Origin: Eledone cirrhosa | Lineage: Eukaryota | Length of the DNA: 64,000 bases | Reading direction: 5' to 3' | NCBI GenBank assembly: GCA_964016885.1 | Contig: OZ024764.1 | Location: 28,706,001 to 28,770,000 of the forward strand | Shown here: positions 52,401-64,000 of the stretch, piece after piece | How the letters are laid out: every line of letters starts with the position of its first letter | Position numbering within the stretch: the stretch's first letter is position 1 | Translations under genes and position numbers: made by a program | Notes under the pieces: model-generated | Seen by the model: only the letters and a program-made list of their open reading frames with translations | What the model was told of the DNA's origin: nothing | The model's database searches: none

Positions 52401-55400
52401 CTCTCTCTCTCTCATTTCATCTCGCTCTCTCTCACTCTCTCGTTTCATCTCACTCTCAATCTCTCATTTCATCTCGCTCCCTCTCTCAGATTTCATCTCG
52501 CGCTCTCTCTCTCTTCCTCTCTCTCGTTTCATCTCGCGCTCTCTCTCTTCCTCTCTCTCGTTTCATCTCGCTCTCTCTCTCTCTCTCGTTTCATCTTGCG
52601 CTCTCTCTCTTCCTCTCTCTCGTTTCATCTCGATCTCTCTCTGTCTCGTTTCATCTCTGTCTTCCTCTCGCTCGTTCCATCTCTCTCTTCCTCTCTCTCG
52701 TTCCATCTCTCTCTTCCTCTCTCTCGTTTCATCTCTCTCTCTCGTTTCATCTTGCTCTCTCTCTCTCGTTTCATCTCTGTCTTCCTCTCTCTCGTTCCAT
52801 CTCTCTCTTCCTCTCTCTCGTTCCATCTCTCTCTTCCTCTCTCTCGTTTAATCTCTATCTCCCTCGTTTCATCTGTCTCTCTCTCTCTGTCGTTTCATCT
52901 CCCTCTATCTCTCTCTCGCTCTCTCGTTTCATCTCTCTCTCCCTCTCGTTTCATCTCGCTCTCTCTCTCCTGTTTCATCTCGCTCTCTCTCTCCTGTTTC
53001 ATCTCGCTCTCTACTCTCGTTTCCTCTCTCTCGTTTCCTCTCTCTCGTTTCCTCTCTCTCTCTCGTTTCATCTAGCTCTCCCACTCTCGTTTCATCTCGC
53101 TCTCTCTGTCTCGTTCCATCTCGCTCTCACTCTCTCGTTTCATCTCGCTCTCTCTCTCTCTTTTCATCTCGCTCTCTCTCTCTCATTTCATCTCGCTCTC
53201 TCTCTCTCGTTTCATCTCGCTCTCTCTGTCTCGTTTCATCTCGCTCTAGCTCTCTCTGTCTCGTTTCATCCCGCTCCGTCTGTCTCGTTTCATCTCGCTC
53301 TCTCTCTCTCATTTCATCTCGCTCTCTCTCTCTCATTTCATCTCGCTCTCTCTCTCTCTCTCTCGTTTCATCTCGCTCTCACTCTCTCATTTCATCTCGC
53401 TCTCTCTCGTTTGATTTCGCTCTCACTCTCTCTTCCTCTCTCTCTCTCTTGTTTCAACACTCTAATCCCTCACTTGTTTCATCTCTCTCTAATCCCTCAC
53501 TTGTTTCATCTCTCTCAGAATTATTAGCCACAGGGGCAGAGATGTCCATAACATTACATGTCAGAATTATTAGCCACAGGGGCAGAGATGTCCATAACAT
53601 TACATGACAGATTTATTAGCCACAGGGGCAGAGATGTCCATAACATTACATGTCATATTTATTAGCCACAGGGGCAGAGATGTCCATAACATTACATGAC
53701 AGATTTATTAGCCACAGGGGCAGAGATGTCCATAACATTACATGACAGAATTATTAGCCACAGGGGCAGAGATGTCCATAACATTACATGACAGAATTAT
53801 TAGCCACAGGGGCAGAGATTTCCATAACATTACATGACAATTATTAGCCCCAAGGGCAGATATGTCCATAACATTACATGACAGACTTTCATCTCGCGCT
53901 CTCTCTCTCTCGTTTCATCTTGCGCTCTCTCTCTTCCTCTCTCTCGTTTCATCTTGCTCTCTCTCTCTCTCGTTTCATCTCGCGTTCTCTCTCTTCCTCT
54001 CTCTCGTTTCATCTCGCTCTCTCTCTCTCTCTCGTTTCATCTCTGTCTTCCTCTCTCTCGTTCCATCTCTCTCTTCCTCTCTCTCGTTCCATCTCTCTCT
54101 TCCTCTCTCTCGTTTCATCTCTCTCTCTCGTTTCATCTCTATCTCCCTCGTTTCATCTGTCTCTCTCTCTGTCGTTTCATCTCCCTCTATCTCTCTCTCG
54201 CTCTCTCGTTTCATCTCTCTCTCCCTCTCGTTTCATCTCGCTCTCTCTCTCCTGTTTCATCTCGCTCTTTCTCTCCTGTTTCATCTCGCTCTCTACTCTC
54301 GTTTCCTCTCTCTCGTATCCTCTCTCTCGTTTCCTCTCTCTCTCGTTTCCTCTCTCTATCGTTTCCTCTAGCTCTCACTCTCTCGTTTCATCTCGCTCTC
54401 TCTCTCTCATTTCATCTCGCTCTCTCTCTCTCGTTTCATCTCGCTCTAATCTGTTTCGTTTCATTTCGCTCTCTCTCTCGTTTCACCTCGCCCCTCTCTG
54501 TCTCGTTTCATCTCGCTCTCTCTCTCTCATTTCATCTCGCTCTCTCTCTCTCATTTCATCTCGCTCTCTCTCTCTCGTTTCATCTCGCTCTCACTCTCTC
54601 ATTTCATCTCGCTCTCTCTCTCTCGTTTGATCTCGCTCTCACTCTCTCTTCCTCTCTCTCTCTTGTTTCAACACTCTAATCCCTCACTTGTTTCATCTCT
54701 CTCTTATCCCTCACTTGTTTCATCTCTCTCAGAATTATTAGCCACAGGGGCAGAGATATCCATAACATTACATGTCAGAATTATTAGCCACAGGGGCAGA
54801 GATGTCCATAACATTACATGACAGATTTATTAGCCACAGGGGCAGAGATGTCCATAACATTACATGACGAATTTATTAGCCACAGGGGCAGAGATGTCCA
54901 TAACATTACATGACATAATTATTAGCCACAGGGGCAGAGATGTCCATAACATTACATGACATAATTATTAGCCACAGGGACAGAGATGTCCATAACATTA
55001 CATGACAGAATTATTTGCCACAGGGGCAGAGATGTACATAACATTACATGACAATTATTAGCCCCAAGGGTAGATATGTCCATAACATTACATGACAATT
55101 ATTAGCTCCAAGGGCAGATATGTCCATAACATTACATGACAGACTTTCATCTCGCGCTCTCTCTCTTCCTCTCTCTCGTTTCATCTCGCTCTCTCTCTCT
55201 CGTTTCATCTCGCTCTCTCTCTCTCGTTTCATCTCGCGCTCTCTCTCTTCCTCTCTCTCGTTTCATCTCGCTCTCTCTCTCTCTCGTTTCATATCTGTCT
55301 TCCTCTCTCTCGTTCCATCTCTCTATTCCTCTCTCTCTCGTTTCATCTAGCTATCACTCTCTCGTTTCATCTCCCTCTATCTCTCTCTCGCTCTCTCGTT

Positions 55401-58400
55401 TCATCTCTCCCTCCCTCTCGTTTCATCTCGCTCTCTCTCTCTGGTTTCATCTCGCTCTCTCTCTCTCCTGTTTCATCTTGCTCTCTACTCTCGTTTCCTC
55501 TCTCTCGTTTCCTCTCTCTCGTTTCCTCTCTCTCTCGTTTCCTCTCTCTCTCGTTTCATCTAGCTCTCACTCTCTCGTTTCATCTCGCTCTCTCTGACTC
55601 GTTCCATCTCGCTCTCACTCTCTCGTTTCATCTCGCTCTCTCTCTCTCATTTCATCTCGCTCTCTCTCTCTCATTTCATCTCGATCTCTCTGTCTCGTTT
55701 CATCCCGCTCTCTCTGTCTCGTTTCATCTCGCTCTCTCTCTCTCATTTCATCTCGCTCTCTCTCTGTCATTTCATCTCGCTCTCTCTCACTCTCTCGTTT
55801 CATCTCACTCTCAATCTCTCATTTCATCTCGCTCTCTCTCTCTCATTTCATCTCGCGCTCTCTCTCTTCCTCTCTCTCGTTTCATCTCGCGCTCTCTCTC
55901 TTCCTCTCTCTCGTTTCATCTCGCTCTCTCTCTCTCGTTTCATCTTGCGCTCTCTCTCTTCCTCTCTCTCGTTTCATCTCGATCTCTCTCTGTCTCGTTT
56001 CATCTCTGTCTTCCTCTCGCTCGTTCCATCTCTCTCTTCCTCTCTCTCGTTCCATCTCTCTCTTCCTCTCTCTCGTTTCATCTCTCTCTCTCGTTTCATC
56101 TTGCTCTCTCTCTCTCTCGTTTCATCTCTGTCTTCCTCTCTCTCGTTCCATCTCTCTCTTCCTCTCTCTCGTTCCATCTCTCTCTTCCTCTCTCTCGTTT
56201 CATCTCTCTCTCTCGTTTCATCTCTATCTCCCTCGTTTCATCTGTCTCTCTCTCTGTCGTTTCATCTCCCTCTATCTCTCTCTCGCTCTCTCGTTTCATC
56301 TCTCTCTCCCTCTCGTTTCATCTCGCTCTCTCTCTCCTGTTTCATCTCGCTCTCTCTCTCCTGTTTCATCTCGCTCTCTACTCTCGTTTCCTCTCTCTCG
56401 TTTCGTCTCTCTCGTTTCCTCTCTCTCTCGTTTCATCTAGCTCTCCCACTCTCGTTTCATCTCGCTCTCTCTGTCTTGTTCCATCTCGCTCTCACTCTCT
56501 CGTTTCATCTCGCTCTCTCTCTCTCATTTCATCTCGCTCTCTCTCTCTCATTTCATCTCGCTCTCTCTCTCTCGTTTCATCTCGCTCTCTCTGTCTCGTT
56601 TCATCTCGCTCTCGCTCTCTCTGTCTCGTTTCATCCCGCTCCGTCTGTCTCGTTTCATCTCGCTCTCTCTCTCTCATTTCATCTCGCTCTCTCTCTCTCA
56701 TTTCATCTCGCTCTCTCTCTCTCTCTCTCTCGTTTCATCTCGCTCTCACTCTCTCATTTCATCTCGCTCTCTCTCGTTTGATTTCGCTCTCACTCTCTCT
56801 TCCTCTCTCTCTCTCTTGTTTCAACACTCTAATCCCTCACTTGTTTCATCTCTCTCTAATCCCTCACATGTTTCATCTCTCTCAGAATTATTAGCCACAG
56901 GGGCAGAGATGTCCATAACATTACATGTCAGAATTATTAGCCACAGGGGCAGAGATGTCCATAACATTACATGACAGATTTATTAGCCACAGGGGCAGAG
57001 ATGTCCATAACATTAAATGTCATATTTATTAGCCACAGGGGCAGAGATGTCCATAACATTACATGTCAGAATTATTAGCCACAGGGGCAGAGATGTCCAT
57101 AACATTACATGACAGATTTATTAGCCACAGGGGCAGAGATGTCCATAACATTACATGACAGAATTATTTGCCACAGGGGCAGAGATGTACATAACATTAC
57201 ATGACAATTATTAGCCCCAAGGGTAGATATGTCCATAACATTACATGACAATTATTAGCCCCAAGGGCAGATATGTCCATAACATTACATGACAGACTTT
57301 CATCTCGCGCTCTCTCTCTTCCTCTCTCTCGTTTCATCTCGCTCTCTCTCTCTCGTTTCATCTCGCTCTCTCTCTCTCGTTTCATCTCGCGCTCTCTCTC
57401 TTCCTCTCTCTCGTTTCATCTCGCTCTCTCTCTCTCTCGTTTCATATCTGTCTTCCTCTCTCTCGTTCCATCTCTCTATTCCTCTCTCTCTCGTTTCATC
57501 TAGCTATCACTCTCTCGTTTCATCTCCCTCTATCTCTCTCTCGCTCTCTCGTTTCATCTCTCCCTCCCTCTCGTTTCATCTCGCTCTCTCTCTCCGGTTT
57601 CATCTCGCTCTCTCTCTCTCCTGTTTCATCTTGCTCTCTACTCTCGTTTCCTCTCTCTCGTTTCCTCTCTCTCTCGTTTCCTCTCTCTCTCGTTTCATCC
57701 AGCTCTCACTCTCTCGTTTCATCTCGCTCTCTCTGACTCGTTCCATCTCGCTCTCACTCTCTCGTTTCATCTCGCTCTCTCTCTCTCATTTCATCTCGCT
57801 CTCTCTCTCTCATTTCATCTCGATCTCTCTGTCTCGTTTCATCCCGCTCTCTCTGTCTCGTTTCATGTCGCTCTCTCTCTCTCATTTCATCTCGCTCTCT
57901 CTCTCTCATTTCATCTCGCTCTCTCTCACTCTCTCGTTTCATCTCACTCTCAATCTCTCATTTCATCTCGCTCTCTCTCTCTCATTTCATCTCGCGCTCT
58001 CTCTCTCTTCCTCTCTCTCGTTTCATCTCGCGCTCTCTCTCTTCCTCTCTCTCGTTTCATCTCGCTCTCTCTCTCTCTCTCGTTTCATCTTGCGTTCTCT
58101 CTCTTCCTCTCTCTCGTTTCATCTCGATCTCTCTCTGTCTCGTTTCATCTCTGTCTTCCTCTCGCTCGTTCCATCTCTCTCTTCCTCTCTCTCGTTCCAT
58201 CTCTCTCTTCCTCTCTCTCGTTTCATCTCTCTCTCTCTCGTTTCATCTTGCTCTCTCTCTCTCGTTTCATCTCTGTCTTCCTCTCTCTCGTTCCATCTCT
58301 CTCTTCCTCTCTCTCGTTCCGTCTCTCTCTTCCTCTGTCTCGTTTCATCTCTCTCTCTCGTTTCATCTCTATCTCCCTCGTTTCATCTGTCTCTCTCTCT

Positions 58401-59755
58401 GTCGTTTCATCTCCCTCTATCTCTCTCTCGCTCTCTTGTTTCATCTCTCTCTCCCTCTCGTTTCATCTCGCTCTCTCTCTCCTGTTTCATCTCGCTCTCT
58501 CTCTCCTGTTTCATCTCGCTCTCTACTCTCGTTTCCTCTCTCTCGTTTCGTCTCTCTCGTTTCCTCTCTCTCTCGTTTCATCTAGCTCTCCCACTCTCGT
58601 TTCATCTCGCTCTCTCTGTCTCGTTCCATCTCGCTCTCACTCTCTCGTTTCATCTCGCTCTCTCTCTCTCATTTCATCTCGCTCTCTCTCTCTCATTTCA
58701 TCTCGCTCTCTCTCTCTCGTTTCATCTCGCTCTCTCTGTCTCGTTTCATCTCGCTCTCGCTCTCTCTCTCTCGTTTCATCCCGCTCTCTCTGTCTCATTT
58801 CATCTCGCTCTCTCTCTCTCATTTCATCTCGCTCTCTCTCTCTCTCTCGTTTCATCTCGCTCTCACTCTCTCATTTCATCTCGCTCTCTCTCTCTCGTTT
58901 CATCTCGCTCTAATCTGTCTCGTTTCATTTCACTCTCTCTCTCTCTCGTTTCATCTCGCTCTCTCTGTCTCGTTTCATCTCGCTCTCACTCTCTCATTTC
59001 ATCTCGCTCTCTCTCTCTCGTTTGATTTCGCTCTCACTCTCTCTTCCTCTCTCTCTCTTGTTTCAACACTCTAATCCCTCACTTGTTTCATCTCTCTCTA
59101 ATCCCTCACTTGACAGAATTATTAGCCACAGGGGCAGAGATGTCCATAACATTACATGACAGAATTATTAGCCACAGGGGCAGAGATGTCCATAACATTA
59201 CATGACAATTATTAGCCCCAGGGTCAGATATGTCCATGACAGAGTTTCATCTCTCGCTCTCTCTCTTCCTCTCTCTCGTTTCATCTCGCTCTCTCTCTCG
59301 TTTCATCTCGCTCTCTCTCTCGTTTCACCTCTGTCTTCTTCTCTCTCGTTTCATCTCTCTCTTCCTCTCTCTCGTTCTATCTCTCTCTTCCTCTCTCTCG
59401 TTTCATCTCTCTCTCTCGTTTCATCTCTATATCCCTCGTTTCATCTGTCTCTCTCTCTGACGTTTCATTTCCCTCTATCTCTCTCTCGCTCTCGTTTCAT
59501 CTCTCTCTCCCTCTCGTTTCATCTCGCTCTCTCTCTCCTGTTTCATCTCGCTCTCTACTCACGTTTCCTCTCTCTCGTTTCCTCTCTTTCTCGTTTCATC
59601 TCTCTCTCGTTTCATCTCTCTATGTCTCATTTCATCTCGCTCTCTCTCTCTCTCATTTCATCTCGTTCTCTCTCTCTCTCATTTCATCTCGCTCTCACTC
59701 TCTCGTTTCATCTCGCTCTCTCACTCTCGTTTCATCTCGCACTCTCTCTCTCGTT

Positions 59756-59792
<37 letters not shown>

Positions 59793-60056
59793 CATCTCGC
59801 TCTCTGTCTCGTGTCATCTCGCTCTCTCTGTCTCTCGTTTCATCTCGCTCTCACTCTCTCGTTTCATCTCACTCTAACTCTCTCATTTCATCTCGCTCTC
59901 CCTGTCTCGTTTCATCTCGCTCCCACTCTCTCATTTCATCTCACTCTCTTTCTCTCATTTCATCTCGCTCTCTCTCTCTTGTTTCAACACTCTAATCCCT
60001 CACTTGTTTCATCTCTCTCTAATCCCTCACTTGTTTCATCTCTCTCTTGATTCAAT

Positions 60057-60101
<45 letters not shown>

Positions 60102-60390
60102 ATCCCCTCTCTCTTTCTCTCCCCTCTCTCTGTTGTTTCATCCCCTTCTCTCCCCCTCTCTCTCTTCCCCTCTATCTCTATTCCTCTCTCTCATCCCCTC
60201 TCTCTCTCTTCCTCACTCTCTCTCTCTTCCTCTCTCCCCTCACCCTCTTGTTTCAACTCTCTCCTCGTTTCAACTCTCTCTCTCTCCTCTCGTTTCAACT
60301 CTCTCTCTCTCCTCGTGTTTCAACCATCTCCTCTCTTGTTTCAACTCTCTCACCTCTCGTTTCAACTCTCTCTCTCTGTGTCTCCAATGT
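46481..60390 (+). repeat. Composite satellite, right arm (opposite orientation): 8 CT-rich blocks (~0.85-1.85 kb) alternating with 46-bp arrays
   Basis: 46-bp period (cagagatgtc at 46501 and 46547). CT blocks start at ~46986, 48636, 50905, 52162, 53884, 55142, 57295 and 59240. Confidence 0.95.
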
Positions 60391-61273
60391 GTATACCGAT
60401 ATATATACCGAAGAATGTACATAAACACACATGCATACACGCATGTGTATATATATATACATACATGTGTCTCTCTCTCTCCCTATATATATGTACATAT
60501 GTGTAAATATGTACATACATATTAGTGTATATATATTGCTATCTATATGCATATTTGTATAATTATACTGTATGGTGAATTGGCAGTATCGGTAGAGGGT
60601 CTGACGCCATGCTTTCCAGCATAGTTACGTCCCTTTACGATCCGAGGTCAACTTTGCCTTTCATCCTTACGGGGTCGATAAAATAAAGTACCAGTAATGT
60701 ACTGGTTAATTACTGACCTTGTGCCTAAAATAGAAACAATTATTAGTTCAAAGAGAAACCACCATCATAGAGAAACGACCATCCTACCTGAAATATTATG
60801 TTATCATATTAAATATTTCTTATACTGTCATGTTTTTTCTTTAAAACGATTGCATTTCAATAAAGTGAAGAAAACTATTATATACTGTTGTTATATCATT
60901 ATACTTTAGTTTTAACTTATTATTTCTATGTGTATAAATATAATGTATGTAAGTGTGTTTGAAAATATATAATAATAATATGCATGTTTGAAGCAGGGTT
61001 CAACTGAAATATCTACACCGGTAACTTAATTAGTGTTACACCTTAGGCATAAACTATTTGGCATTCTTTGAAGGAGGTACTAGGTTTTTCACTGTCTTAA
61101 ATGGAGTATACACGCGCACACAATGCATATATATAAATTGTTTTTCTCTGTACAAAGAGATTGACATCATTTCTTAAATCATTATTTAGGGTTTTACAAC
61201 AAAACATATTGTATGTGTAATTATACAAATTGAATTTAAGTATTTATTTTAAAATTTTACATACTCTTTAGTA

Positions 61274-61308
<35 letters not shown>

Positions 61309-64000
61309 TTTGTGATGCCATGCATTGTATTGTACACTTCGACATATGAATTACATTCATGCAACACTTCTCTTATCATAGCCATTTTTTGTGGTGAGCA
61401 GTCATTATTTGTTGGTACTAGGGCGGTGGATTGGCAGTATCGGTAGAGCGCCAGACACCATGCTTTACAGCATAGGGTTATGTCCCTTTACGTTCTGGGT
61501 TCAAATCCTTCCAAGGTTGACTTTGTTTTCATCCTTATTAGGTCGATAGAATAAAGTACCAGTAATTGCTGGCCTTGTGCTAGAAACAATTATTTGGACG
61601 TACTTCCAATCTGTGCTACATACCTTCGTTCCCATCAATAATATATAACTGGCCATATTGTGGTGTATTTTCTGCAGGTTACAGAGATGGGGGTGTAGTG
61701 ATATGTTTGACCCTGAATATGAAAGCTATACGGGCCTCTGCCGGGTGGTAACACCAAATGAAGTGAAATAAATGTAGTTTTAATTGCAGATGTTTCTGTG
61801 AAATCAACTGCTTCCTGGCCTCTTTCAAAGAGATTTCTCAGTCTCTCAGGGTATATTTGCAATGGTGGCAACACAACCTTTCCTTTATTACAACAGTTAC
61901 AATTTTCATTTCTAAATTTCAAAGCTCCACAGTGATCACACGAAACATTCATATCACTAATATGAAATTCTTCTACATTTCCATTAATATTAATTGTTGG
62001 CCAATTTCTCTTACAACGCTCATTATCCATTCTTCTCTGTCTGAATGTTTTCCATTCTGTTGTTTATTATGTAATTAAATAGCTCTGTACAATACATAGA
62101 GCACTCTTCTTTTCTTTACCTTTTCTATGGAAATACAAGAACAAACATATAAATATATATATATATGTATATACATAAACAAGACTGTTATTGCTCCAAC
62201 CAGTCTATTTACCTTTGATAACTATCCTAAATATAAATACACCTATACCATACATACATATATCATATATGTTTTTGATGCCGTGGTATAGCAGAGATAA
62301 GCAAGAAGAGAAAAGAAAATGAAAAGGAGAAAAAAAAAGAAGTAAGAAGTCGGGGGAGGGACAGACACTTCACCCCAGTCTAAGTGGTCCCTCAGCCGCA
62401 ACCTGTGGAAGAAACGTAAAAGCGTTACCTCGGAGCAAGGCCAGAGACACCTGCTACAATAGTCGCCCCTCCTCATGAGGCTCCTGTTGTCTTTCCTCCC
62501 GACTTTATGGAGGAAATCAGTAGTACAGGGACCAAGTATGGCAGAGGTCTCAATGGAGTGGAAGAGGTGAGTCAGGCCTTGGTACTATCTTACTATCCTC
62601 TGCATTGCGGGGTGTGGAGCCGAGGTTTGTGGCTGTAGCTATATTTGAACTTTTATATGAAATTTCAGTTTTATATTTTTCACATCTTAAAACTTAATCT
62701 TAGTCTTTTGCAGCTCATCTTGTTTCATCTCGCAGCACACGATTTGGGAACCACTGCTCTAGAGATAGAAAAAGTATATTTTATGCAGGGCTTCCCTGAG
62801 ACATAAAAACTATTTCAAGAGATCGACATGGGTAGAAAGGTTGAGAAATGCTGCACAATGTTCTTTGGTTTTTGTTCACCTTTAAATAATCATGTATAAA
62901 ATATCGGGTGTGCAAGATTTCATGAAAAGGTATAACATTATTTATGCTGATCTTGCAGGGACTAGCTCCAATTGAGAGTTGTACCAATTCCCACTAAACT
63001 CGAAACTCCTGGACAATATATACATATCTTTATAAGTTCCTGTGTATTGTGTCGCTGTATAATGAAACATAAATATATACCATGCATGTCAGTCAGATTT
63101 GAACTCACTATATTTGGCGTTTTATAGATATAATTTGTTTGTTAAAACAATTGATTAAATAATAACTAAATATAATTAATTCTACAATCCTGGATAGGGA
63201 ATGAACTTATAACTGCATAATAGAAGCCATCTATTCGAGCAGTATTGCCATCTAAGCCACCAGGTTACTTACAGAACTTCATTCAAATATAAAATATAAA
63301 ATATATGCCAGACATAGTGAGTTCGAATCTGACTGATTAGTTGGTCATTGTCCCAGCCAACAGTTTAAATCGCCAACCAGTAGGTGACATCGACTAGGTT
63401 GGGAAAACTTGGTTAAGTAGCTCCAGTTATTGCTACGTTAGACATATCCAAGACTTATCGACACTGAATGGAAGAAAGGTAAAGTTGAACTCAGAGTAAA
63501 GAACTGGAAAAATACTGCAAAGAATTCTATCTGATGTTCTAACAATTCTACCAAGTTACCTCATGTGTATATATTTATATCTAGAGATAAGAAGAAAACT
63601 GAAAGAAAGAAAAGAAAAAAAATGAGACCTTATATGTAACCCATGTTACAACTCAATATATATATATTTGGGTTGTAACATATTCCTGCCGGTGAAATAA
63701 AAATTTTAATAGAAAAACGGCGGGAATATATGTTACAACCCAATCTATATATATTTGAGTTGTAACATATATTCCCGCCGTTGAAATAAAAATTTTAATA
63801 GAAAAACGGCGGGAATATATGTTACAATCCAATCTACATATATTTGGGTTGTAACATATATTCCCGCCGTTGAAATAAAAATATTAATAGAAAAACGGCG
63901 GGAATATATGTTACAACCCAATCTACATATATTTGGGTTGTAACATATATTCCCGCCGTTGAAATAAAAATTTTAACAGAAAAACGGCGGGAATATATAT
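60370..64000 (+). repeat. Segmental duplicate of ~21425-25000: SINE, Helitron 5' part 61313-62056 (-), CRE-like C, and 89-bp hairpin satellite from 63643 to the window end
   Basis: Colinear near-identity at an offset of ~38.9 kb. Confidence 0.92.

Noticed and set aside
57289-59025. Long S/L/R/F-rich ORFs (up to 578 aa; also 20035-21456 and 45002-46228) and ERER-rich ORFs
   Set aside because: CT/GA repeats lack stop codons, and several frames are open simultaneously, so there is no coding signal.
35802-60390. Repeat/spacer alternation with GTTTCA...GAAAC motifs resembling a CRISPR array
   Set aside because: The 46-mers are directly tandem, the intervening blocks are homologous low-complexity DNA rather than unique spacers, there are no cas genes, and the context is eukaryotic.

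Overview
AT-rich, microsatellite-laden eukaryotic DNA with no intact host gene. The SINE, RTE and MITE sequences suggest a mollusc, probably an octopus or other cephalopod (inferred from recalled repeat motifs, not from a search). Positions 1-35.8 kb are a mosaic of recent local segmental duplications. The repeated unit contains an internally deleted Helitron RepHel pseudogene (- strand, 3 near-complete copies plus 2 fragments), a degenerate PHD-finger frame directly downstream, three different 3' fragments of CRE-like RLE retrotransposons, a 55-bp minisatellite, tRNA-derived SINEs and a ~0.5-kb module that recurs as inverted pairs. One 5'-truncated RTE LINE lies at 10.7-12.9 kb. Positions 35.8-60.4 kb are a ~24.6-kb composite satellite in which 46-bp tandem arrays alternate with GTTTCATCTCG+(CT)n blocks, and it switches orientation at ~46,481. 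Its apparent single-copy progenitor sits as an insertion in a Helitron copy at 19.8-22.3 kb. An 89-bp hairpin satellite and a perfect 61-bp fold-back palindrome mark another duplication breakpoint. Nearly all long ORFs in the supplied track are artefacts of simple repeats.
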